The translations under genes and the position numbers were made by a program. From positions 1 through 26,594 of the forward strand of contig NW_021834729.1 of the NCBI RefSeq assembly GCF_006345805.1: DNA of 26,594 bases. Reading direction: 5' to 3'. This DNA comes from Octopus sinensis (Eukaryota). Positions within the stretch are counted from its first letter, which is position 1; the number at the start of each line of letters is the position of its first letter. A model generated the notes under the pieces. That model saw only the letters and a program-made list of their open reading frames with translations, searched no databases and was not told where the DNA came from. Positions 1 through 11,303 of this stretch are shown one piece after another.

Positions 1-72
1 AAAGAAAGAAAGAGAGAAAGAAAGAAAGAGATGAGAGATAGAGAAAGAAAGAAAGAAAGAAAGAGAGAGAAA
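1..72. repeat. (AAAG)n/(AG)n microsatellite
   Basis: Direct reading of the sequence. Confidence 0.95.
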
Positions 73-122
73 CCGACAAAGAGAGACTAAACTGTCTGAT
101 AAACCAACGTTAAATCAGCGAT

Positions 123-209
123 GCCAAATAGGCAGCGTGAAATAGGCAGCGCCAAATAGGCAGCGCCAAATAGGCAGCGCTAAATGGCAAGCGCCAAAAC
201 GGCTGTGCC
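123..209. repeat. 14-bp GC-rich tandem repeat (GCCAAATAGGCAGC), about 6 units
   Basis: Units start at 123, 137, 151, 165, 179 and 193; the last two are degenerate. Confidence 0.9.
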
Positions 210-326
210 TTATCATGTCATACTCAAAGGAAAGGAAATATATGATTCTGACTTGTTGTCTATACCTTTTGTCTGCTATGGGTATACTTTATGAATTTAC
301 TAAAGTGGTCTTTTGGTAAGAGTACC

Positions 327-430
327 TTTAATGGAGAAATGTTGAATCATGTGTTATTTGCAAACGAGTTTAAACTGTATGCAAGGATGTATAAATTACT
401 CCAAGCAGGTTGTAGATTTAATAAAGATGT
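327..430 (+). pseudogene. Decayed non-LTR retrotransposon reverse-transcriptase fragment
   Basis: Frame from 327 reads FNGEMLNHVLFANEFKLYARMYKLLQAGCRFNKDV. This resembles the RT catalytic region 'INHLLFMDDLKLYAK...RIFSKDI', but the DD pair is lost. Similarity judged by eye. Confidence 0.45.
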
Positions 431-434
431 CTAT

Positions 435-476
435 GCGTGTGTGAGTGTGTATGTGTGAGGTGGGGGGTGGGGGGTG

Positions 477-514
<38 letters not shown>

Positions 515-800
515 TTAAAGACCTATCAAAAATATATTGAAACATATTTGCTGAATGCAAACATCAAGATACATTTAAAGAGCTGAAGCAAGTGCATTAC
601 ACACGCACATGCACACGCACACACAGAGGGAGACACACACACACACAAACGAATACACACACACACTCGCACATACACACGCACACACACACACACACGT
701 TTATACAGCTCCACACGTGTACTTATGTGTTTTTGTATGTAGATATGCATAAATGCATACAACAAAAGTATGTGTATGTGAATGTGAGTTTATATATATA

Positions 801-865
<65 letters not shown>

Positions 866-925
866 TACACACACACAACACACACAACACACCCCCACTA
901 TATATATATATATACATACATACGT
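435..925. repeat. (GT)n, (CA)n and (TA)n microsatellite cluster
   Basis: Direct reading of the sequence. Confidence 0.95.
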
Positions 926-950
926 TTAAATATTAGACATACACGTTTAC

Positions 951-1023
951 ATGTACCAAACATACAATTTGATTATTGTAAAGAACTGCAAATTAATTGC
1001 GGAACTGGGCACTTCCACAGTTA
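951..1023 (+). repeat. Unclassified short interspersed repeat, copy 1
   Basis: ATGTACCAAA...ATTGCGGAACT motif shared with 1708-1775; followed by a (TACA)n tail. Confidence 0.6.
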
Positions 1024-1318
1024 TATACATACATACATACATACATACATATGTGTGTGTGTATGTGTGTGTATATATATGTATATATGCACGTATATGT
1101 ATATATATATATGTATGTACATATGCACATATATATGTATATGTATGTATATGTATGTATACGTATATATATAAGATATATATGCACATATATATGTATA
1201 TGTATGTATATATATGTATACGTATATTATAAGATATATATGCCATATATATGTATGTAATTAATATATAGTTATCCGTATATATATGAGATACATATAC
1301 AACATATATATATAATAT

Positions 1319-1350
<32 letters not shown>

Positions 1351-1451
1351 TTATACATAAACGCAAAAACGCATAAAGATACACTATTACTGTATAGAGA
1401 AAAAGAAATTCTCTCTCTCTCTGTCTCTGTCTCTCGCTACTTATCTATCTA

Positions 1452-1452
<1 letters not shown>
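994..1452 (+). repeat. Left arm of a local inverted duplication (partner 2195-2521)
   Basis: AATTGCGGAACTGGGCACTTCCACAGTTAT and the block at about 1347-1412 are reverse-complemented at 2491-2520 and about 2221-2287. Confidence 0.9.
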
Positions 1453-1459
<7 letters not shown>

Positions 1460-1492
<33 letters not shown>

Positions 1493-1587
1493 CTATCTGT
1501 CTTGTATGTATGTGTATGTATTTATATATCTATGTTATGTGTATCAGTATATATATGCATATATTTGTTTCTCTCTCTTTCTCTGTC

Positions 1588-1677
<90 letters not shown>

Positions 1678-1707
1678 TAAGTGCGTGTGTGTGTGTGTGT
1701 GTGTGTG
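1460..1707. repeat. (CT)n and (GT)n microsatellites
   Basis: Direct reading of the sequence. Confidence 0.95.
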
Positions 1708-1802
1708 ATGTACCAAAGAACACGCATAACTTGAGAATTACTGCAAAATAACTACAAATTGATTGCGGAACTTGGTAACAAAAAAAAAAAAAAAAAAAAA
1801 AA
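1708..1802 (+). repeat. Unclassified short interspersed repeat, copy 2, with poly(A) tail
   Basis: Homologous to 951-1010; followed by an A run at 1780-1802. Confidence 0.6.
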
Positions 1803-2107
1803 TCAAAAAAGACCCGAAACAAAATCAAAAAAAATTTTTATTTCCATTCGTCAAGGAAGCAATTAAGTACAGGCTAGAGATTGATGAGTATAAAAACATT
1901 ACATCAGCTGAGAGAGTCTCGAGAATGTACTGGAAAAATATACTCAGCATGCCTGTTCCCATGGAGTGAGCACCAGCATGGCCGCACCTGGAAGACCGAC
2001 ATTCACTAAAAGAGCTTCCAAATTGGTAATGGAAGCCAAAAGAAACGGTTGACCACATAATGGTGAGAGTAATAACGGAATGATACTTCTGGAAATGTAA
2101 TCATTAT

Positions 2108-2190
2108 TTAGCACGCCGGGGCGAAATGCTTTGCGGTCTTTACGTTCAGAGTTCAAATTCCGCCGAGGTCGACTTTGCCTTTCATCCTTT
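2108..2190 (+). mobile_element. SINE-A 5' part, interrupted
   Basis: TTAGCACGCCGGGGCGAAATGC...GAGTTCAAATTCCGCCGAGGTCGACTTTGCCTTTCATCCTTT; contains the B-box-like GAGTTCAAAT. Confidence 0.85.
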
Positions 2191-2194
2191 TGGT

Positions 2195-2278
2195 ATAGAT
2201 AGATAGGTAGAGAGAGAGAGAGAATTTCGTTTTCTCTATACAGTAATAGTGTATCTTTATGCGTTTTTTGCGTTTATG

Positions 2279-2320
<42 letters not shown>

Positions 2321-2521
2321 TGTATATATATCTTATATATATACGTATACATATATATACATACATATACATATATATGTGCATATATAGATATATATAC
2401 ATATACGTGCATATATACATATACATACATATATATACACACATACACACACATACACACACATATGTATGTATGTATGTATGTATGTATATAACTGTGG
2501 AAGTGCCCAGTTCCGCAATTA
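2195..2521 (-). repeat. Right arm of the local inverted duplication
   Basis: Reverse complement of 994-1452, with indels in the microsatellite parts. Confidence 0.9.
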
Positions 2522-2524
2522 CCA

Positions 2525-3712
2525 ACTGGGGTCGATATAATCGACTTAATCCGCTTGTCTATCCTTGTTTGTCCTCTCTGTGTTTAGCCCCTAGTGGGTA
2601 GTAAAGAAATAGGTATTTCGTCTGCCGCTACGTTCTGAGTTCAAATTCCGCCGAGGTCGACTTTGCCTTTCATCCTTTCGGGGTTGATTAAATACGTACC
2701 AGTTACTCACTGGGGTCGATGTAATCGACTTAATCCGTTTGTCTGTCCTTGTTTGTCCTCTCTGTATGTAGCCCCTTGTGGGTAGTAAAGAAATGGGCAT
2801 TTCGTCTGCCGCTACGTTGTGAGTTTAAATTCCGCCAGGTCGACTTTGCCTTTCATCCTTTCGGGGTCGATAAATTATGTACCAGTTGCGTACTGGGGTC
2901 GATATAATCGACTTAATCCGTTTGTTTGTCCTTGTTTGTCCCTTCTGTGTTTAGCTCCTTGTGGGTAGTAAAGAAATAGGTATTTCGTCTGTCTTTGTGT
3001 TCTTAGTTCAAATTCCGCCGAGGTCAACTTTGCCTTTCATCCTTTCGGGGTCGATTAAATACGTACCAGTTACGCACTGGGGTCGATATAATCGACTTAA
3101 TCCGTTTGTTTGTCCTTGTTTGTCCCTTCTGTGTTTAGCTCCTTGTGGGTAGTAAAGAAATAGGTATTTCGTCTGTCGCTGCATTCTGAGTTCAAATTCC
3201 GCCGAGGTCGACTTTGTCTTTCATCCTTTCGGGGCCGATAAAGTAAGTACCAGTTACGCACTGGGGTCGATATAATCGACTTAATCCGTTTGTCTGTCCT
3301 TGTTTGTCCTCTCTGTGTTTAGCTCCTTGTGGGTAGTAAAGAAATAGGTAATTCATCTGCCGTTACGTTCTGAGTTCAAATTCCGCCGAGGTCGACTTTG
3401 TCTTTCATCCTTTCGGGGCCGATAAAGTAAGTACCAGTTACGCACTGGGGTCGATATAATCGACTTAATCCGTTTGTCTGTCCTTGTTTGTCCTCTCTGT
3501 GTTTAGCTCCTTGTGGGTAGTAAAGAAATAGGTATTTCGTCTGCCGCTACGTTCTGAGTTCAAATTCTACCGAGGTCGACTTTGCCTTTCATCCTTTCTC
3601 TGTTGATAAATTAAGTACCAGTGAAACACTGGGGTCGATGTAATCGGATTAACCCCTCCCACCAAAATTTCAGGCCTTGTGCCTTTAGTAGTAAGGATTA
3701 TCATTATTATTA
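2525..3712 (+). mobile_element. Head-to-tail array of SINE-A 184-bp units ending in a different terminal tail
   Basis: Unit starts (GGTATTTCGTCTG-like) at 2612, 2796, 2979, 3163, 3347 and 3531. The last unit ends in CAAAATTTCAGGCCTTGTGCC...(ATT)n instead of the repeated tail. Confidence 0.95.
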
Positions 3713-3743
3713 CAGTTATTTCGATTTTATTGTAATGCGTGTA

Positions 3744-3900
3744 ACAGGCACAGGCATAGCTGTATGGTTAAGAAGCCTGCTTTGTAATCACGAGGTTCTA
3801 GGTTCAGTCCCTTTGCACATCACCCTGGGTAAGTGACTATTGCCTTGGGAGTGAATTTGGTAAATGGAAACTGTGTGGAAGCCCTCTCGTATATATTTAT
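3744..3900 (+). mobile_element. SINE-B 5' head, degenerate
   Basis: A-box-like TAGCTGTATGG, B-box-like GGTTCAGTCCC, followed by CCTGGGTAAGTG. Confidence 0.75.
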
Positions 3901-4025
3901 GTAAGTGTGTGAGTGTATGTATTATTGACGGCAGCTTCTACTTTTAAAACCCAATATATTTTCACACTATATTTATAGCTTATCTGCTTCAGGATCCAAT
4001 GTTCCAAACGAACACTATTTCATGT

Positions 4026-4397
4026 TCTTTTATTCTTTTACTTGTTTCAGCCATTTTACTGCAGCCATGCTGGAGCACCGCGTTTAGTCGAAAAAATCGA
4101 CCGCGGGACTTATTCTTTGTAAGCCTAGTACTTATACTATCGGTCTTTTGCCGAACCGCAAAGTTACAGGGACGTAAACACACCAACATCGGTTGTCAAG
4201 TGATGGTGGGGAGACAAACATAGACACGCAAATTCCTACATATATACGAGCTTCTTTTAGCTTCCCTCTGCCAAATCCACTCACAAGGCTTTGGTCGGCC
4301 CGGGGCTATAGTCGAAGCCACTTGCCCAAAGTGCCACGCTGTGGGATTGAACCCGGAACCATGTGGTTGGGAAGTAAGCTTCTTACCACACAGCCAC
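4026..4397 (-). mobile_element. SINE-B, near full length
   Basis: Colinear with 20481-20886; tRNA-like head at about 4340-4397. Confidence 0.9.
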
Positions 4398-4409
4398 ACA
4401 TGTGAGTGC

Positions 4410-5000
<591 letters not shown>

Positions 5001-6219
5001 AGGAAAAAATGGAATTAATAAAGAATTCATTTGTCTCAGTAGCGATTCTTTTAACTCAATGAGCGTGTTGTTCTATAATTCTTTTTCTATTTAAACCCAT
5101 CAATCTATTATCGCTTTACTTAACATCTGTTCGCCATATTCTTTTCGAGACGAAGAAAAAAAGAGACCAAACAAAATTATCATACTGTTACTTCTTATGA
5201 CATTCTACGTTTTACAATACTCTAAAAAAATTCTGTAAGAATAGTAGAGGATAAATGACACAATTTCCAAGTTTCGTTCTTCAAATTTTCCAAATTTTTC
5301 AACGTTTTTCAACGATTTTTTTTTTAATATCTTAATTTCAATTAAAGCAGACGACAAAAACAAAAAGAAAAAAATCGCTACAAAAGAACTGAAAAAAAGA
5401 ATCGTTGGTGTTAATGAAGTCCAGCTGTATATTTTCAATTTACTTTCTGTATTTTAAGTATTCTTGCTCTCGCCTGTTGCTGTAGTCACTAATGTTGCTG
5501 CTGTTTATGATAATGATGCAGAAACGGATGGAATAGGAGCGGAGTGGGTCAGACTCACGATGCGTGCTTGCTCTATTTCATTGCCATTAACATTCTTCCC
5601 TATTTCCTTTTTTTCTTTTTTTCATTTCTCGTTCCTCTTTTTAAGCCTAGCTTTTACTGGATGTTTCAGCAGGCATGGTTAAGCTGGTCTCTCTCTCACT
5701 AACTGAACTAAAATTATTCGAAAAAAAAAACCCCGAAAAAACTAAAAGCAAAAAATAAAACCCTTCTCTCTTACCGCTATTTCCCCGACATACTATTCTA
5801 CCAGCATGCCTCTAGCTAATAAAAACAACTGGCACCGGAGTAGCAGCCATTTTTAACTTCAATTTTTACTGAAGTCTATCAAAGCCAGACGTTATCCCAC
5901 CATCATAAACAGTCTGATGCTTGACAGCGCGTACCAATTTCTTCCCATCCTCTTATCTTTGTTTCTTTATATATCTCTATATTATTTTTATCCGTTGTTT
6001 CTCTCCTAAACCATAGCAATCTATTATTCCTTTATCCCTTCTGGCCTATTTTCTCTAGTTTCTAGGTTCCCTTACCATTTGCCAGACTCCTTCTAACACC
6101 TGTAACACAAACTGTAGTGTTAAACTAGTTTATTGGTTCAGATAGTTTCTTTACGACTTACATATTTCCTTCTACCTACAGCACCAAATTATGTACATTC
6201 AATAGCCTTCACACCACTT

Positions 6220-6293
6220 TATCTACCTACCTACCTACCTTTCTGTCTGTCTGGTTGTCTGTCTATTTTTCTTCCTCTATCTATTACCCTGTT

Positions 6294-6387
<94 letters not shown>

Positions 6388-6725
6388 GTCTATCTGTCTG
6401 TCTGTCTGTCTGTCTGTCTTTTTATCAGTCTCTTTTGCCGAACCGGTACACAAACCAACGTAAAAAAACTAACACCTCCTGTCAAGAGAGTGGTGGGGTA
6501 CACAAAGAAACGTATGCACACAGACACACACACACAAACATACAAATATATATATATATATGCACACACACAGTGGGTATTCACACAGTTTCCATCTATC
6601 GTATGTACTTAAAAGGCATACACACGGACGCACGCGCATACATACATACGTACTCGCACGCACATGCATTCACACACACATACAGACATATACACACACA
6701 CATACACACACACACACACACACAC
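6220..6725. repeat. (CTAC)/(TATC)n/(CA)n microsatellites with a degenerate minus-strand SINE-B at about 6421-6600
   Basis: CTTTTGCCGAACCG...TGTCAAG...GGTGGGG is a SINE-B body motif. Confidence 0.75.
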
Positions 6726-6818
6726 AATATCATCTGGGTAGCAACAGCAATTAATGGCTGTAAACTAATGCACAAAGACGGTTCATTCCATTTTGTTGTT
6801 TTACAATTTTTTTATAAT

Positions 6819-6925
6819 ACGCCGGCGTGGCTGTGTGGCAAAAAGCTTGCTCCCCAACAACATGGTCCTGGGTTCAGTCCCACTGCGTAGCACCTTGGGA
6901 AAATGTCTTCTGCTAAAGACTCGTG
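6819..6925 (+). mobile_element. SINE-B tRNA-like head
   Basis: GGCGTGGCTGTGTGG...GGGTTCAGTCCCACTGCGTAGCACCTTGGGAAAATGTCTTCT. Confidence 0.85.
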
Positions 6926-7159
6926 ATACGAAGGAGATTAAATGATACACAAAATTGACTATTTTTGCGATTATCTGCCCTTCTGATTTGAAGTTGCTCC
7001 TGATTGATACACACCAGGCAGAGTTAATTTCAATATTCAACAAACCAAGAATTTATTTCGTTATGTTTAACATAAAATGATTCCATTATTCAATTTTGTT
7101 GTTCAAAATCATGCCACAGGGCACTCTGATTTATCTCAGCTTCTTTTATATGCATACAC

Positions 7160-7195
7160 ACATATCTATCTATCTATCTATCCATCCATCCATCC

Positions 7196-7263
<68 letters not shown>

Positions 7264-7268
7264 GTCTG

Positions 7269-7309
<41 letters not shown>

Positions 7310-7320
7310 TTATCTGTCTA

Positions 7321-7360
<40 letters not shown>

Positions 7361-7428
7361 GATACATACATATACATATGTATATATATATATATATACC
7401 TATACATATGCATATATATACATATGAA

Positions 7429-7505
<77 letters not shown>

Positions 7506-7555
7506 GTATATTTACATACATATACATATGTATATATATGTGTGTGTGTTTGCAT
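7160..7555. repeat. (TATC)n and (TA)n microsatellites
   Basis: Direct reading of the sequence. Confidence 0.95.
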
Positions 7556-7778
7556 ACATTTGTGTGTTTCTATGTCTGTCCCCCCCACCGCTTGACAACC
7601 GATGCTGGTGTGTTTACGTCCCCGTTACATTACCGGTTCGGCAAAAGTGTACCGATAGAATAAGTACTAGGCTTACAAATAACTCCCGGGGTCGATTTGT
7701 TGGACTAAAAAGAGACGGTGATCCAGCATGGCCGCAGCCAAATGCGTGAAACAACTAAAAGGAAAAGAATAAAGGAAT
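7556..7778 (+). mobile_element. SINE-B 3' body and tail
   Basis: CCGCTTGACAACCGATGCTGGTGTGTTTACGTCCCCG...CCAGCATGGCCGCAG...AAAAGAATAAAG. Confidence 0.9.
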
Positions 7779-7791
7779 ATATATATATGTG

Positions 7792-7867
<76 letters not shown>

Positions 7868-8309
7868 ATATATTCTGACCTACTTTTCCAGCTACTATTT
7901 TTTGTTTTGTATTTTGTCAGTTTTTAATAATAATGGCTGCCGTTTCCATTTGAGGGTTTGATACAATATTTTGCCCCGGATTTCATTCCGTAAGTAGAAC
8001 GCTTTTCATTTAGGAATCGAAAGTAAAATTTTTATTGAAATGTTTGTAAGCTACACACACACACACACACACACGCACGCAGTTACGTACATTCACACGC
8101 ATGTATGCATATGTGCTAATGAACGCCGATGTGTATGCATATATGTATATGTGTATCTAAATTTGCATCTATGCGTGTGTGTGTAATTCTTTTCGTTCAG
8201 CCTACTATGAACTGGCGAACAGTTTAGGTTCTTTTATATTAAAAATTTTTCAAATATTTACGATATTAAAGGATATTAATTCTCAAAAATAAGCGTTTGA
8301 TTTTATTTC

Positions 8310-8310
8310 G

Positions 8311-8367
<57 letters not shown>

Positions 8368-8376
8368 GTCTATCTG

Positions 8377-8443
<67 letters not shown>

Positions 8444-8464
8444 CTCTGTATGTCTCTCTATCTT

Positions 8465-8500
<36 letters not shown>

Positions 8501-8600
8501 CTAATCGATTTGTCTGTCTGTCAGTGTTTCTCTCTGCTTGTCTTTCAATCTCTTTCTCCCCACCCTCTCTCTCTTTATATATATATATATATATATATAT
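8310..8600. repeat. (TATC)n, (CT)n and (TA)n microsatellites
   Basis: Direct reading of the sequence. Confidence 0.95.
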
Positions 8601-8760
8601 TTTCTCTCCTTGTTTCTTCTGTGTCCCTTTCTGTAGAAGAGCGTAGGCTCGAAACGTAAAAGACTTTTTCTATTCCTGAGCGTTATACTAATACATTTAT
8701 TTGTTTTGTACACCACCTGTTTTCGTCTATTGTTTTTTTTTCGTAAACTCTTCCTATATA
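8601..8760 (+). mobile_element. Short element flanked by (TA)n, with a hammerhead-like motif; probably Penelope-derived
   Basis: CTTT-CTGTAGAA-GAGC/GTAG/GCTC-GAA-ACGT-A-AAAG at 8627-8662. Confidence 0.5.
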
Positions 8761-8986
8761 TATATAGGTTATGAGAGGTAATGGTGTCAATAAGACCCAA
8801 AGGTGTCAGGTAATGCTGAGTAAGTGCAAGTGACAGACTATAGTTAAGCTCCAGGTTCGGTGATTATGCGAATAAGGAGTCCAACGCAGGTCATATATCA
8901 GCATGTGTATATATAAAAAATTTCTTTTTTCAGAATGAGATAAAAAAACCCCAAGGTTGTGAAGATTTTAGAACATTTACAAATAG

Positions 8987-9034
8987 GTCTTACAGCTGTT
9001 TCCAGGATATTTTATATATTCCTTCATCGGAGAC
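8987..9034 (-). ncRNA. Minimal type I hammerhead-ribozyme-like motif (variant or decayed)
   Basis: Minus strand reads GUCU-CCGAUGA-A-GGAAUAU/AUAAA/AUAUCCU-G-GAA-ACAGCUGU-A-AGAC. Stem I is GUCU/AGAC, stem III is palindromic and the triplet is GUA. The core has U4C. Confidence 0.6.
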
Positions 9035-9904
9035 GGTGTGAGAAAATGGTTAAGCAATAGTTAATTTAGATAAGATACGAAATAGAGAGTGAAGTGGAGG
9101 AATGAAAATAGATGTGAGATATGCAGGGATATTGCATTTGTGGATCCAGAGTACATTTTTATAGAGAGCCAGAAATCCGGATCTGAGATTATCCAATAAC
9201 TTTTTGCTAGTTTATTTGTCTATTTGTCTTTTCACCTGGTGATCCAGTCAAGGAATATGAAGTATTATATGAGTGAAGTTTTGACTGCTATCTCTATCAT
9301 GGTGGTATCTCTTAGATACCCTTAATTGTAATTCTAATAATAATTAATACCTATAAAGGATTTTATTCCCATGCTGGTCACTTGATATGATCGGTATTTT
9401 AATTAACGATTTTATCCTTTTTTTATATAAAAATTTATATATATAATATACGTATACACATACGCATATATCTATCTCTCTCTTTCCTGTCTAGGTATAT
9501 ATAGTTATATATGTGTGTGCGTGCATGTATACATACATATACATACATGCTCTTAACTCGTTAATCATTACTCGTTATTCGTTTCTTTCATTCTCACTGC
9601 CCTCTCTCTCTGTGGCTTGCGTTTTTGGTGACTGAGGCAAGCTTGGTATTACTGCTCTCATTTGCGGTTCTTGGTCTGACGAAGATTCTTTAATTTGCAG
9701 TGTTTATGAAAGAATAAACACTCCGTTCGTGCCAGTCTGTTAAAGTCGTTAGTTTATCATGGAGACGCGATGTTACTTTCATTGCCCCCTTTTTGTGGAC
9801 TGTTTACCAGTAAACACAGGGACATAATATGTTCACCAGAAGACAGAACGAAGACATTGCGGAAACTGAATGTCTGAGATGAATGCGAGGTTTCAGATTT
9901 AGGG

Positions 9905-10080
9905 CAAGGATATAGTTAATTAAATCAACCTCTTTTCATCATTTACAGTGTATTTTATCGACTCTAAGCGGTTGAAAAGTTGGGTCCGTTTAGTAGCAAT
10001 TTGAACTTAGAATGCATTGGGCCATAAAGCATCAAAGTTTAATCCTAAGCATTTTCTGAAGCTCTAACGATTCTGCCAAT
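9905..10080 (-). mobile_element. SINE-A, old and degenerate
   Basis: TTTTATCGACTC...AATTTGAACTTAGAATG...TAAGCATTT...CTAACGATTCTGCCA. Confidence 0.65.
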
Positions 10081-10269
10081 GTACCGCCTTATAAATATAG
10101 GCCATAGTTGTCACTTCCAAGCGAATATGGCCTGAAAGGTAATACCATGCCTCCACTAATTGCTTTATTTGCCTATATCGTAGCAAGCAGGCATAGACAC
10201 CCATCTCACCTTTGACCCAGCGGAGAGATAGAGAGAGGGGGAGGAGGGAGAGAGAAAACTGCACTAGTA

Positions 10270-10418
10270 CTTGGCAGGTATTGAGCTTCAGGTGTGTAGA
10301 CTGGAGCAATGAAATGTCTTGCTCAAGGACTCAACACACTCTCTAGTCAAGGAATCGAACTTACAAACTCATAATCGTGAGTCCACAGTCTTAACAAAAA
10401 GGCCGTGCACTTTCCGCC
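10270..10418 (-). mobile_element. SINE-C (tRNA head with CORE/Meta-like domain), degenerate
   Basis: GACTGGAGCAATGAAATGTCTTGCTCAAGGAC...GGAATCGAACT; homologous to 13185-13435. Confidence 0.7.
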
Positions 10419-11220
10419 TTTACGGCCTGTAGATAATAATTATATCGTAGGATTAACTTTCAAAACAACATCACTTTTCATTCTGTTCAGTATCTGTTCG
10501 ACTAAAAGTCATTGAAACCAAGTGACTTAATGTTTTATTGAAAGAAAACCGTTAGTTAGAAAAAGAAGAGCACCATACTTTTTATGAAACTCCATTAGGA
10601 TCTATTCATTAACATTAGGCTAGAGGCTTTCGGGAGTTTAACAAAAAATCATGCTTATAAAACATCAAAATTTAAGATGGCCGACATTTCTATACAATAA
10701 CGCTTTTCTTTTGCCATATGTGTCGTATGAAGATGAGATTATTTAAAGACACGTTAAAGCGGAGACACATTTAACGAAAGAGTTCAATTCTGTATTTTCA
10801 TTCATTTAATACAGATTTTTTTTCGTTCGATTCATTGATTATACTGAATCAAAGGTTTTATAAGAATTTCCGTAATAAAAATGCATTTCTGTTGCTGCTT
10901 TCTTTTTGTTTGTATTACAGCGTTTGCTACTTCGGGTGGTTTTTACGCGCGCTTTAGGGTGGAATCATGTATAGACATGAGTAGAATGTGGTTAAACAGA
11001 GCCAATATCTGGCCTTTACCGTCACACTAGTTGTGTGCCATTAAGGACGCAGTATTTGAGTCCTATTCAAGAATTGGATTATTTTTACCTTTGAAGTAAC
11101 ATTTCACTGAAAGGTGTTTCTTTAAATTTTAAATTAATCCAGCGGAAGTCTTTGAGTTCTAAGTGTCTTATGTAGGATTTGTTTGTTTACAACATTTTTT
11201 TTCATTTCCTTCAGAAATTC

Positions 11221-11303
11221 ATACACAATTAGTCATAAGTGTATAGTGTTAATCATAACTATTACACCTTTAGTCATAATTGCCACACGATTAATCATAG
11301 CTG
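11221..11303. repeat. Degenerate tandem repeat of about 21 bp with core TTA(G/A)TCATA, 4 copies
   Basis: Cores start at 11229, 11249, 11270 and 11291. Confidence 0.75.

Noticed and set aside
1803-2080. Possible L1/Tx1 C-terminal remnant (YWKNILS...KETVDHIM)
   Set aside because: Motifs lie in different frames and lack the cysteines; cannot be supported without a profile search.
2525-3712. Regular array as CRISPR or as a ribozyme-bearing retrozyme
   Set aside because: Units are contiguous with no unique spacers and no cas genes are present. I found no CUGANGA...GAAA core on either strand of the unit; other ribozyme classes would need a covariance search.
5400-5850. Minus-strand AAAATGGCTGC motif, 72-nt GT-AG intron candidate (5703-5774) and downstream ATG
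   Set aside because: The ORF stops after 9 codons and there is no independent support for a promoter or exon.
9676-9712. CTGACGA...GAAA hammerhead candidate
   Set aside because: No stem II, III or I pairing.
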